DNA of 64,000 bases. It comes from Octopus vulgaris (Eukaryota). The stretch spans positions 58,032,001 to 58,096,000 of the forward strand of contig OX597832.1 of assembly GCA_951406725.2 (NCBI GenBank), given 5' to 3'. Under the pieces are notes generated by a model. The model was not told the DNA's origin. It worked only from the letters and a program-made list of their open reading frames with translations, and did not search any database. Every line of letters starts with the position of its first letter. Position 1 is the first letter of the stretch. Positions 39,361 through 51,883 of the stretch are shown piece by piece. Made by a program: the position numbers and the translations under genes.

Positions 39361-40948
39361 AGTATTTTTCATCTCCAGGAAGTGCCAGAGAGGAGGAGTA
39401 AACTTTTACACAGAAAATGAAACAAATAATTAATACAAAACTTCAGGTACCGATTCTCCAGCAACTGCTGTCCCGGTATCTCTTTTAATCCGGACGTAAT
39501 TATGTGAAGACGTCAAAAGTTTTCGCAACCATTATTAATATTTTGGTTACAGAACCTTCATGACACGAGGAATGTGATGCTGACGATTCCAAAAGAGGAT
39601 GAAATAGTGCTATACGTGGCTACCAATGTCTTGAAGCTTTAAAAACTTTATAGTGTGTAGTTAAACCAATTGATCCTCGTAATTATTTTTTTTAAAGCCT
39701 GGTACTTATTCTGTCAGTCTCTTTTTACCGAACCGCTAAGTTACAAGAGCGTAAACAAACCAACACACGTTGTAAAACTGTGGGGAAGAACAAACACAGA
39801 GACACACAAACACTCACATATATACAAGCATATATACGACGAAATCCTCTCAGTTTCTGTCCGCCAAATCCACTCACCACGTTTTGGTCCACCCTGGCCT
39901 ATAAAAGAAGACACTTGGCCAAGATGTCACGCAGTGGGACTGAACCCGAAACCATATGGTTGGGAAGAAATTTCTTACCACACAGCTACGCCCGCGACTG
40001 ATGTGTAAAAAAGAACCCAGTTAAATGTGTTTGCTTTCTACATATTCGTTTCTATTTGCCGTAAATTCCAAACTTTGAAACTTCACTCAGTTGAATCTAA
40101 GAGAGATTGTCTCCCCTATAGAAACTGACCGCCAGGGGCCCATCACGCGTTTTTCACGACGCACTTTAGTTTATTTACTAAGTAATATGTGGAGGTGAAA
40201 TCACTCCACCCTATACTTAAATATAATATGAAGATGAAAATGTTTTAAAATTAAATTTAGCCTCAGAGCACATCTTAGTTTATGCACAAGAATAAACTAA
40301 AAGGATTGGTCACAGCTGGAACGTTTTTGATCACAGGTTTACCTGAATGAACCCGAGCCTAGGGCTAAACTATAGCTACTACTACGACCACCAGAACTCA
40401 GCCCCATATGTGTGTGTGAAGGCACGTGGCATAGTGGTCGCTAGATCGTGGGTTTGATTCTCTGTCTGGGCGGCGCGTTGTGTTCTTGAGCAAAGCACTT
40501 CATTGCACGTTGCTCCTGATGCCCTTTCGATTAGGATTAGGGGGGGGACTGTTGCCCTGCTCGCCGAGCCAGTGGAGTGGCGTCATTTGAAGGCTAAAAC
40601 AATGCAAAAGCGCATTGTGACCAGCGACGGATAACAACATCCGATAGCCTAGTCGGTCATGTGATTACGTGTGATATGTATATCTATGTGTGTGTGTGTG
40701 TGTGTAGATATACGTATAGATTTGTGTGTATATATTTATAAATGTTCGTGTATGTATGTAAATATGTATCGCAAGGGGACTCACTATCTCTGTACTTATG
40801 CGTTTGCATGCATCTTATGTGTTTAGTGAGATGCTGTATGTGTTGTTCTTTATTCCTACATTTATATCTTACGTTTCTTCCTCCGATCATCTATATGCAT
40901 CAATGAATAATTCATTTACATACCTCTACACAATATATATATACACAC

Positions 40949-41357
40949 ACATTATTTACATTTGACGGATATTTGTCCATCTTGTTTGTTGTTAACACAA
41001 CGTTTCGGAAGATATACCCCACCAGCCTTCATCAGGTGTCTTGGGGGAAATTTCGAACCTGGGTTCTCATTCCAAAGGTATTTTTTGATATTATTATTAT
41101 TATTATTATTGTTATTATTCAGGTCCCTGCCTGGAATATAACTAGGAATCTGGGGGGCTAGTAGTCCACGCTCTTAATCACTACGCCATATGCCCGTGGA
41201 CATACCTTAGGAATGAGAACCCAGGTTCGAAATTTCCCCAAGATACCCGATGTAGGCTGGAAGGTATATCATCTGCAACGTTGTGATAACAACAAAGATG
41301 AGGACAAATATCCGTCAAATGTAAATAATGTACATAATTCCTCATCACTTAAATATA
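40949..41357. mobile_element. Head-to-head inverted pair of the tRNA-head + hammerhead element, locus 2
   Basis: Minus copy 40949-41198 retains the tRNA head (cactacgccatatgcccgtg on plus). Plus copy 41203-41357 is 5'-truncated. Homologous to 29452-29982. Confidence 0.85.
40994..41040 (-). ncRNA. Minimal type I hammerhead motif (intact core, weakened stem II)
   Basis: Minus strand: GACAC-CTGATGA-A-GGCTG-gtggggtatat-CTTCC-GAAACGTT-GTGTT. Confidence 0.7.
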
Positions 41358-41358
41358 A

Positions 41359-41412
<54 letters not shown>

Positions 41413-41415
41413 TAA

Positions 41416-41781
41416 TTAAATTAGAGATAAAACCACTATTAGGCAACTCAAACAGTGATAGACATAAACCAAAACATAAAAAACAAAAAATAAATATAAT
41501 TAATATAATATATATATATATAAAATATAAAATTTAAATTATTAAAATGTTAAATTTTTAAATTTATATTTAAAAGTTTAAAAATATAAATATTTATAAA
41601 TATAAATTTAAAAATTTAAATTATATTAATTATATTTTGTTTGTTTTTTGTTTTGGTTTATGTCTATCACTGTTTGAGTTGCCTAATAGTGGTTTTATCT
41701 CTAATGTAATTTATATTTATACTGTGAAATCTGATTTAATCCTAGATCTAATTTTTTCCCCGTAAGTTTGGATATACTCCC

Positions 41782-41790
<9 letters not shown>
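41416..41790. mobile_element. Element embedded in (TA)n with ~85-bp inverted arms (41416-41500 / 41620-41711) and a one-sided extension
   Basis: ttagagataaaaccactattaggcaactcaaacagtgatagacataaaccaaaac is exactly inverted relative to gttttggtttatgtctatcactgtttgagttgcctaatagtggttttatctctaa. Confidence 0.8.
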
Positions 41791-41823
<33 letters not shown>

Positions 41824-42049
41824 ATATTAGTGTAACAGCTGTTTTCCACTTAAGCCATGTGGGACGCTGCGAATGTAGGTCACAGTGGTGGACACTGACA
41901 CACCATTCTTCTGGGTGTTTAACTTGCCTTGTGGCCAACCAAAGTGGATCTCAGTTCTGCAAATTAACTGAAACTTTTTCTTACATTAGACTGTTTTATT
42001 TTATGGCGTACTTACGGTCTGTTATATTATAATTATAGTTTCCATCGTG

Positions 42050-42367
42050 TAGGAGCGTGGCTTAGTGGTTAGGGTAATCGGTTCACGATCAGAGGGTCGT
42101 GAGTTCGATTCTCGGCAGCGTGTTGTGTCCTTGAGCAAAGACACTTTATTTCACATTGCTCCAGTCCACGCAGTTGCTAAAAATAGTTGTACCTGTAATA
42201 CAAAGGGTGAGCCTCGTCACATCCTGTTTCACGCTGGATCTCCACGAGGTCTACATTAAGGGTACGCCTGTCTGTGGAGTGCTCAGCCATTTGTACGTTA
42301 ATTTCAGGCGCAGGCTGTTCCGTTGATCTTATCAGCTGGAACCCTCGTCGTCGTAACCGACGGAGTA
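42050..42367 (+). mobile_element. SINE family C copy
   Basis: A box tggcttagtgg, B box gagttcgattc, tail gaaccctcgtcgtcgtaaccgacggagt. Confidence 0.85.
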
Positions 42368-42537
42368 GCACTTTAGCGTCCATCATTGGGATTTCGGTAT
42401 CAAAAATTTCGATATCGTCAGTTAAATAGTCTACGAACCCCGTTATCTGTTGAGTTTATAAGAACTCACCGAAGGAATTCACACATTGCGCTGTAATGTG
42501 GTTGTTTGGCAATTCTAATCAAGTGTCTAGTGATTAA

Positions 42538-43062
42538 AGGGGAGAGAGAGAGAGGGAGAGAGGGAGAGAGAAGGAGGGAGAGAGAGAGAGGAGGAGAGAG
42601 AGAGGGGGAGAGAGAGAGAGAGAGAGAGAGAGAGGGGGAGAGAGAGGGAGGAAGAGAGAGGGAGGAAGAGAGAGGGAGGAAGAGAGAGGGAGGGAGAGAG
42701 AGAGGAAGAGAGAGGGAGGGAGAGAGAGAGGGAGAGAGAAGGAGGGAGAGGGAGAGAGAAGGGGGAAAGAGAGGGGAGAGGGGGAGGGGAGAGAGAGAGG
42801 GGGAGAGAGAGAGAGGGAGAGAGAGAGAGAGGGAGAGAGAGAGGGAAGGAGAGAGTGAGGGAAGGAGAGAGTGAGGGAAGGAGAGAGTGAGGGAAGGAGA
42901 GAGTGAGGGAAGGAGAGAGTGAGGGAAGGAGAGAGTGAGGGAAGGAGAGAGTGAGGGAAGGAGAGAGGGGGAAGGAGAGAGTGAGGGAAAGAGAGGGGGG
43001 GGAAAGAGAGGGGGGGAAGAGAGAGGGGGAAGGAGAGGGGAAAGGAGAGAGAGAAGGAGAGC
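42538..43062. repeat. (GA)-rich polypurine tract including 16-bp GAGGGAAGGAGAGAGT repeats
   Basis: Visible directly. A similar tract lies at 51137-51366. Confidence 0.9.
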
Positions 43063-43853
43063 TATTTTACTTGTGTGCTTTAAGAGTGCAATATGTGTAT
43101 GCAAGGATAAAAATGCTCTTCTCTTCTGTACTGGAAAAAGATAAATCATAATTGAGCGATTGCAACAGTAATTAATTAAAGTTTGATTTTTAGTTGAGGA
43201 ACGTTATCTTAATTTTGATGAATTTATTGTTATCTCGTAGCCTATTATTTATTTTTTGTGTAATATATTCATTATTGACCATAATAACAAAATAGGTTGA
43301 CCTCTTTGCAAATTACAAATTACCGTTGTTACCGAGCTAGATTGAGGTTCTTCATTACTAAGCTTTTTGTTGTTTGTTATGTGTGTATGTGCGTGTGTTG
43401 TTGTTTTGCCTTCACACATGAATAAGTGACGCAGCTTGCTGTCAAGTTTTATGGTATTTTTATCATTAGAAGTCTTGAGAGGCTGATTGAGAGACTCTAG
43501 GCTGACCGTGTTTATCTTGTGGTCATATTTTAGTTTAAGGCGAAAGTTAGTTCCAAGACCACACACACACACACACACACATTTCAGAGGTGAGATTAGT
43601 AACTTAATATTCGTAGTCAAATATGCGATTAGGTTGCCCCATCATCTGTTTGTGTGTATATATATGCATATATACACACACACACACACATATATATACG
43701 CATAGACATGCATATATACATATAGTTATACAACATATATGCATACACACATAAATATATATACACATACGTGTACACACACATGTATATATACATATAT
43801 ACACACACATATATGTATGCACATATATACACATGCATATATATATATACACG

Positions 43854-43888
<35 letters not shown>

Positions 43889-44215
43889 CACACTGACATA
43901 CACGTACATATTTATATACATACACATATATACTCATAAACACATATTTGCACATGCATATACACAGATATATATTCACAGACATGAATATAAGTTGTAT
44001 ATGCAGATATACAACTTATATACATACACACCTGTATATATATACACAGATATATACATATATGCATACACACAAACACGCACATGCATACATACGTATT
44101 CATAATAGACACCATTGAAATTTCATGCTGTTATTCTTCCATCAACTGTAATGTTACATCAAACTTTCCAAAGCCACCACCAGACGTCGCTGCTATCGAC
44201 ATTCTTAAATTTAGA

Positions 44216-44654
44216 CTAGCAGCATAGTCCGGCGTTGCCCGGGTATGTAAGAGCCCCTAGTAGGCAACGGCTAATCCCAATCGGGTCCTTTCTCTCTAGG
44301 GAACGAAGGCGTATGTGTAGGTTGCAATGTCTTCTCTTCACTCGAATACTTTTGTGTATATGATATTCCTAGCTGTCCCTTTGGGCGATAAAAAGGTCGA
44401 GTTGTGTCCCCTAGACAGAAAATGTGTTGCATATAAAAAGCTTAGATTCTCGACCCCATGTCGAATTTATCAATTTTTTCAGAACTGGGGGAACTTTTCA
44501 AAATTTTCGCTGCGTCAGTTTTGAATTATGACATTGAGCTATGTGTGTGTCAAGTTTCATCAGAATCGGTTGAAAGCCGTGGTCAGGGTGAGGGTACAAC
44601 CTGACAGACACACAGACTCACAGACAGACAAACTGCCGTTTATATATAGAGAGA
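44216..44654 (-). mobile_element. Non-autonomous Helitron
   Basis: Minus strand begins TC(tctctatatataaacggcag), carries a (CTGT)-type tract, and ends with GC hairpin ccgggcaacgccgg then CTAG. Inserted between A and T with no TSD. Confidence 0.85.
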
Positions 44655-45703
44655 TTTCATGTTACTCCCTTTTTTTTTATTAAAGGAAACTGTTTTTAAT
44701 TACGCCATTGGAATATTGCCTTTATGAACCGTCACTGAGATCAGCATTTAATATCCTCATAAAAGTTTAGAATTTGAAAACATTCCATCGCTGTTCATAG
44801 GCAAACACATTTTACGAGAGAAATATCAGTCTGTAGCTGTGGTCCTCTCCACGTGTATTTTTATTTATTTATATATTTATTCATTTATTTTTCTATTTAG
44901 TTGATTGACTGTTTGTCTTCTATAGTAAATTATTTTTAACATAGGTACAATATCGTAAAGGCTCAGGAGCGAAATTTATACACCTCGAGCGGATGATAGG
45001 CAAAACTGAATGCAGTAGCGGGATTTGAACTTCGAAAGCATAGTATTGATTTTTGGCAACCTACCGCTCTATAGAATGTAAATTTCCCACAAACTTCAAT
45101 AAACCTTGAATTTCTCAAATAATTCAATCAAACGTAACCATCCTACAGGATTCTGTAAACCATAATAGTTCGGAAGAATACAAGTTGTCTACTGATAAGA
45201 CAAAAACCATATTCGTTAGAAGATTCTCAATCACACTTCTTTAGACATCGAGGAACAGAATGCACCAAGGCAAACAAACTACGTGTAGCTGTAGAAAGAG
45301 AAAATGGTTAGCAACAACATCAGTTGCAGAATTGTTGGAAATTGTAGAAAAAAATGTAGTCTTTGTACAGCCGAAAAACACTAATCCTGATGCTAGGAAA
45401 AGATTTGCATACCAAATCAGAAATATTTAGTGTTCTAATCATACTAATAAGTTCATTTCAGAAACTGATCCCTACCACACCTTAAATGGGGCCGTGCATT
45501 TACGGAGGCTCGTAAAAAGAAAGCTGAGATTCCGAAGTTCGATTTTAAAATTCCATAAAAAATTTGATTATTTCTTCTTCTTTTGTTTGTCTCTTAGCTT
45601 CATGGGCTTATACTTTCTTACCTTTCACTCTCTGGGTTGAGGCAATTTGATATTACAAAACTCTAGATCGAACTAGTATTCATGCGTGTACAAGTACGAA
45701 CGT

Positions 45704-45883
45704 CTTGTTGATATTCACATTTTATGCGTCAATAAAATGTATATTACTGGCGTGTGTGTACATATATATACACACACACAGTTGTATTCATATATGTATG
45801 TTTTCACATGTAAACATACAAACACGCATTTATATATATACATGCACACACTTGTATTCATATATGTATGTTTTCACATGTAA

Positions 45884-45923
<40 letters not shown>

Positions 45924-45967
45924 GTGTGTGTACAGGAGTATCTGTGTAATTAATTTCTGCTACTTCA
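45704..45967 (+). repeat. ~265-bp local duplication, copy 1 (copy 2 at 47969-48243)
   Basis: Shared tgatattcac..ttttatgcgtc..aaatgtatattactgg ... caggagtatctg(t/c)gtaattaatttctgctacttca. Confidence 0.85.
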
Positions 45968-46545
45968 ACACATTTATTATTATTATTATTTATTATTATT
46001 GTTAATATTATTCAATAGATCAAGAAAGGCTACTCCCGATGTTCTCAATAATTTTCCCGGCTTCCAGTTAAGTTATGTTTAAAGATATTTGCTTCAGATT
46101 TTGGCACAAGGTCATCAAATTCGAGAGAGGTGATAAGTCGATTACATGGACCTCAGTGCACAACTAGTACTTATTTTATCGTAACTGAAAGGATGAAAAT
46201 CGGAAATTGAACCCCAAACCTAAATGCGGACGAATACCGCTAAGCATTTTGTCCTGCGTGCTAACAATTCTGCCAGCTCATCGCCGTTTGTTTAGAAATA
46301 TTAGATTTTATAATCATATATATATATTTTCCAGGAAAGCTCATAACACGAAGAGAAATCGGGGTTTCTTCTTTAGTTTCACACACAGTTCATGCATTGT
46401 GTAACCCTTGAGTATAAGTTAGCCAAATTTGGTAAAAAATGACGTCAGCCATCTTGTGTACCACTGAATAATTTTGAAAGTACTAGCAGCAATCAATGAT
46501 ACTTGTAGAGTTTTAAAAATAGATTTTAAAAAAATCCATTATTTT

Positions 46546-46581
<36 letters not shown>

Positions 46582-46745
46582 AGGCGCAGGAGTGGCTGTG
46601 TGGTAAGTAGCTTGCTTCCCAACCACATGGTTCTGGGTTCAGTCCCACTGCGTGGCACCTTAGGCAAGTGTCTTCTACTGTAGCCTCGGGCCGACCAAAG
46701 CCTTGTGAGTGGATTTAGTAGACGGAAACTGAAAGAAGCCCGTCG

Positions 46746-46778
<33 letters not shown>

Positions 46779-47019
46779 ATGTGTGTGTGTGTGCGTGTAT
46801 ATGTTTGTGAGTCTGCATTTGTCCCCCCCCCCCAACATCACTTGATAACCGATGCTGGTGTGTTTACGTCCCCGTAACTTATGGTTCGGCAAAAGAGACC
46901 GATAGAATAAGTACTAGGCTTACAAAGAATAAGTCCTGGGGTCAATTTGCTCGACTAAAGGCGGTGCTCCAGCATGGCCACAGTCATATGACTGAAGCAT
47001 GTAAAAGAGTAAAAGAGTA
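46582..47019 (+). mobile_element. SINE family A, full-length reference copy
   Basis: tRNA-like head (tggctgtgtgg; gggttcagtcc), CORE-like accttaggcaagtgtctt, internal (TA)n(TG)n, conserved 3' half and (TAAAAGAG)n tail. More than 15 whole or partial copies occur in the window. Confidence 0.9.
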
Positions 47020-47110
47020 TATAGTTGGAATTTACAAAAAAAAAGGCGAAGACAGGTGTATAAACAAAAAACAGGTATAGTAGTTTAACGCCCGGGAAGG
47101 TGAGAAAATA

Positions 47111-47144
47111 TTTTACGTTTCGTGCGTACGCCCTTCAACAGAAA
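47111..47144 (-). ncRNA. Hammerhead-like motif with variant CUGUUGA core
   Basis: Minus strand: TTT-CTGTTGA-A-GGGC-gtac-GCAC-GAAACGTA-AAA. Confidence 0.5.
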
Positions 47145-48156
47145 GGAACACGAGAAAATAAAAGAGAGAATAAAAAAAAAGCTTCAGTGGCTAGCGGTCA
47201 TTCGTTATGTGGGATTTGTACACTTTGTCAAATGAAAATTTCACGCACACTCATGTATGCACACACACACACATGCATGCATATACGTTTATATGTGAAC
47301 TTATATTATATATACATATAATATGTATATATGTGTGTGTATGTGTTTGTATGCATTTGTCTGTTCCACTGTTTATGAAGACCTCACGATAACACGTTTC
47401 CGTAAAACACATGTAAAGCACCAGCCTGAATATAAAATTGGGTTATCAAATTGTCATTTCTAATACAATTATATATACGAAGAAGCTCATTGATGCTTGT
47501 TCTATTTAGCGTTGGTGTGGGCATCAGAACCACATTATACAAGAGCATATATACACATACGTATACATACACAGACAAGTATATATACATACATATCCAT
47601 ACATACATATCTATACATACGTATCTATACATGCGTATCTATACATACGTATCTATACATGCGTATCTATACATACGTATCTATACATACGTATCTATCT
47701 ATCTATCTATATATATATATATATATATGTATATACACACACTCGCACACATACGCATGTACATGGACACATTAATGCATACTCTCTTTCTCTCTCACAC
47801 ACTCTATATGTATATATATATATATATGTGTGTGTTATATTATATCAAATATATTCAATTAATCTGTTATAGACAGCGGCAAAATACAAAGATATCGCCC
47901 AAAAAATCTATCTAAACACGTCTCTGTCTAAGTGTCACTGTACACATGATACACACACACACTGATATTCTTGCTGATATTCACGATATTTTATGCGTCT
48001 AGGAAATGTATATTACTGGTGTGTGTGTGTGTGTGTGTATGTATATATACACACAGAGTTGTATTCATATATGTATATTTTCACATGTAAACAAACACGC
48101 ACGCACATATACATGCACACACTTGTATTCATATATGTATGTTTTCTTATGTAAGC

Positions 48157-48189
<33 letters not shown>

Positions 48190-49327
48190 TTATATATACG
48201 TGTGTGTGCAGGAGTATCTGCGTAATTAATTTCTGCTACTTCATTAAAGAAAGGGATAAATAAATAAAAGGAGGAAAGGAAGATTAGGAAGAAAAAAAAC
48301 AAAGGAAAAAAAAGCAAAAAAAAAGCTAAAACAAATGTATATCATTTTCTCGATATCTGCTGGTTAGCTATCTTCTGTCGGCGAAGGAAATGTATTTGGA
48401 ATGATGTTCAAAGGAAACCTATAAACAACGTGTATGAAGTGGGCAACGAATCTGACAATATTAATAAAGATTTTTCCAGTTGTGTCTTTCTGCAAAATTC
48501 CAGTGTCCAGCAGCGCAATTGGAAAGCAAATAATTCCAGAATTTGCAGCAAATGGCATGGTCACGTGTACTGCTGCTGGCAAGATAGGGGAGAACGCTAG
48601 CGTCGATTGGTCTATCGTTGGTTGGTTGGTTGTGAAGGGAAAAAGCGTCGTTTTATCTGATCTGCTCTAACTTTGGTTCAATTTAATTGTGTGTACAACA
48701 AAATCGATTTGACTACAACGTTCTCTATGTATAGGATTTCTCCCACCACTATCTCTTCTTTGGTTCTCTTCCCATTTCTTTCAATATCAAGTGAAAATCG
48801 GCGAAGATATTAAACTAAGATGTGGAAGACTTTAGAATAACTTTAAAAATAGACCAATATTTATTTTGCGCAAGCTAGTCGTGTTCTTTTCCGCAGAGTT
48901 GCTGTGAGTGAGATACGCTATCGATATTACCATAGATATATCCTTACAAAAGCGCTTTGGCTGCAAATTCTTCCAAGCCACGTAAAACCTATTGCTTATT
49001 GACCTAGCGACATTTTCATGCAGCGCGTGTAAGAATTTGATATATGATAAACATTCTTTGCCAAAAGCAAGGAAAGTGTACACGGAATATTGCAGACAGA
49101 CATGTCTTAAGTTTTCGTACAAGTTTCCAGTTTAGGCATACAAAATACCCTCATGTTTATATGATGTATGTGTGTGTGTGCGCGTGTATCTATTCATCCT
49201 TCTCGTCGTCCTCCCATCGATTAATGTATGTATGAGTATATACATACATACATACATACATAGAAGTGTATGCACATGGGTTCAGTATTTGGGTGTATTT
49301 ATAATATATGTATGTACTTCTCTCTCT

Positions 49328-49385
<58 letters not shown>

Positions 49386-49517
49386 GAGAGAGAGACAGAG
49401 AGAGAGAGAGGGGGGACTGATGGAGAGAGATGGTGAGTGATTGAGAGACTGGAAATGTAAGGAGAGTAAAGTTCATAAATGAAAATATTAGGTTGACTCT
49501 CAGTGAAGTTAGAAGCG

Positions 49518-49553
49518 TTATGACGTTTCGAGACATTATCCTTCTTCAGAATG
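49518..49553 (-). ncRNA. Degenerate minimal hammerhead motif
   Basis: Minus strand: catt-CTGAAGA-aggataatgtctc-GAAACGTC-ataa. Core intact but stems poor. Confidence 0.4.
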
Positions 49554-49728
49554 TGGAAGCAGCATGAAAAAAGATATTGACGAAATTAAGAGAACGTTAT
49601 TATGAATAAAAATAATGAAAGGAAAATTTGTCTTACCGTTTTAATACGATTGTTTGCCATTCGATAAGCATACTCTAAAGAAATAAATAAGAAATAGACG
49701 GAGTTCAACGGGAGATAGATGTAAATGG

Positions 49729-49760
<32 letters not shown>

Positions 49761-50144
49761 AATATATACACTATATTCTAAAGCGTATTACTCTACCTCC
49801 GGTATTCTAGTACTATTTTCTCCTCTTTGTTTCACATTTATGTGCTTACTCTGGTGTGTGTGTGTGTATATATATATATATCAAAATAATAAGGGTGAAA
49901 AATTGAATATTAATTTGCTTAATATCAATTTAAAACCAGTGGTCTAGCATACTGAAAAATCTGAAGATTCGGAAAAATATTACATACATATAAGAGGGAT
50001 GGCCAGAATTATTTCTGGTACTTTGGCGCGCCAAAACGAAGACTTTTGAAAGATAACCCCAAATGTAATTGGTAGAGCTGTATACATGTTCAATCTCATG
50101 CGGACGTTTCGTGAATAGTTCTACAAATTATATTTTTCTGTGAC

Positions 50145-50215
50145 GATCACACTGATGAGTTGCGGACAATTACGTAGTTAATTACGTAAGTGGTAACGAA
50201 ATCAGGTTTGTGATT
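50145..50215 (+). ncRNA. Type I hammerhead ribozyme motif with extended stem II
   Basis: GATCACA-CTGATGA-GTTGC-(ggacaa-ttacgta-gttaat-tacgtaa-gtg)-GTAAC-GAAA-tcag-GTT-TGTGATT: 7-bp stem I, canonical core, GUU site. Confidence 0.75.
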
Positions 50216-51883
50216 AATCTTTTATATATTTTTTCATTTGTGTTGCTCGCTTACGTTCTGGCGTTTGTTAAATTTTCTCGAGAACAATCCTTTCTTAGTG
50301 GTAATACCATAGGGGGGTCTACTTCTAGCATAATGGTTGTCCACTTAGTGGTCAACCCTCTTATATGTAACACACATACACACACATATATATCTATATA
50401 TATTGTACAAATATTAACATATGTGGTGTAAGTGTGTACATATGTCCATACACACAAGGCACGATGAAAATGAGTGGTAGAGAGAGAAAGTGCGGTGAGA
50501 GAGAGGGAAGGAGAGTGTGTGTGTATACGTGTGTGTTTGTGCATACCTATGTAAGCTCTTGATAATACTTTGAATAAGTACCTTAAAATATTTGCTCACA
50601 TACACATTACATACAAATATAATTATATATATATGTATGTGTATATAATATACATGTCTCTTTTTCTCTATCACTCACTACACACACAAAGTCATACACA
50701 TCTGCGTGTGTGTATGTGTGTATGTATGTATGTATGTATATATATATATATATACACATCTATGTAACGTATTGTGTGTATGTAGAGAGAGAGAGAGACG
50801 TAAATGAAATAAATTTAGAATATATTTAATAAATTGCATTGTGTGTTTGTATTCGGAATCACTGGTTCATATTGTGTGTATATATTGGTTGTATATACAC
50901 ACAGTACGAAGCAGTGTGTATATATTGAGTGTACATATTCAGATCACTAGTATATATTTCGCATAAATTCTTTCTTGTTTTCACTAAATTTTTCTCAAAG
51001 TGAAAATTTCCCTTTCAACCATTCTCACAATTCCTCAGTAGAATTCTTTGCAAACCGTCGTAGTCTTTGTTGTTTGGTGAAGTTCTTTGTGAAGATATTG
51101 GTGAGGAGAAGCGACAAAGAGAAGCGGATAAATGGAGAAAGAGAGAGAGAGAGAGAGAGAAGGAGGGAGAGAGGAGAGAGAGAGAGAAGGAGAGAGAGAG
51201 AGAGAGGAGAGAGAGAGAAGGAGAGAGAGAGAGAAGGAGAGAAAGAGAGAAGGAGAGAGAGGAGAGAGAGAGAGAAGGAGAGAGAGAGAGAAGGAGAGAA
51301 GAGAGAGAGAGAAGGAGAGAGAGAGAAGGAGAAGGAGAGAGAGAGAGAAGGAGAGAGAGAGAGAGAGGCGGGACTTTGTGAAATGAGATAATGAAATATG
51401 GGAAAATCAGGAAGATGTTTAAAACACTCATATCTGCACACACACACACACATATACACACACCTATATATATTATAATGCGCATATACATATGTATGAA
51501 TAAATAACAGCTGGTACTCGGTTCAAGCTAATCTGATCAACGGAACAGGCTGTTTGCGAAATCAACGGGCAAGAGAGACTGAGCCCTTAATAGACACGCC
51601 ATTTTACATTTCAGACACAACTCAGTTTTGCCATTTGAGTGGACATAAATTGTCTTGCTCAAGGATAAAATGCGCCGCCGGGAACCGAACGCACGACCTT
51701 ACGATTGTGAGCTGAATGCCCTAAACACTAAGCCACGCGCCTTCACATATGAATACAGACATACGAATCGGTAGCCAAAAATAACCGGAAACGTTCTCTG
51801 TGAGATAATTCCGTTGTAATTTTTAAAAGCATGGAACTTATTCTATCCGTCTCTTTTGCCGAGACGCTAAGTTATGGAAACAC

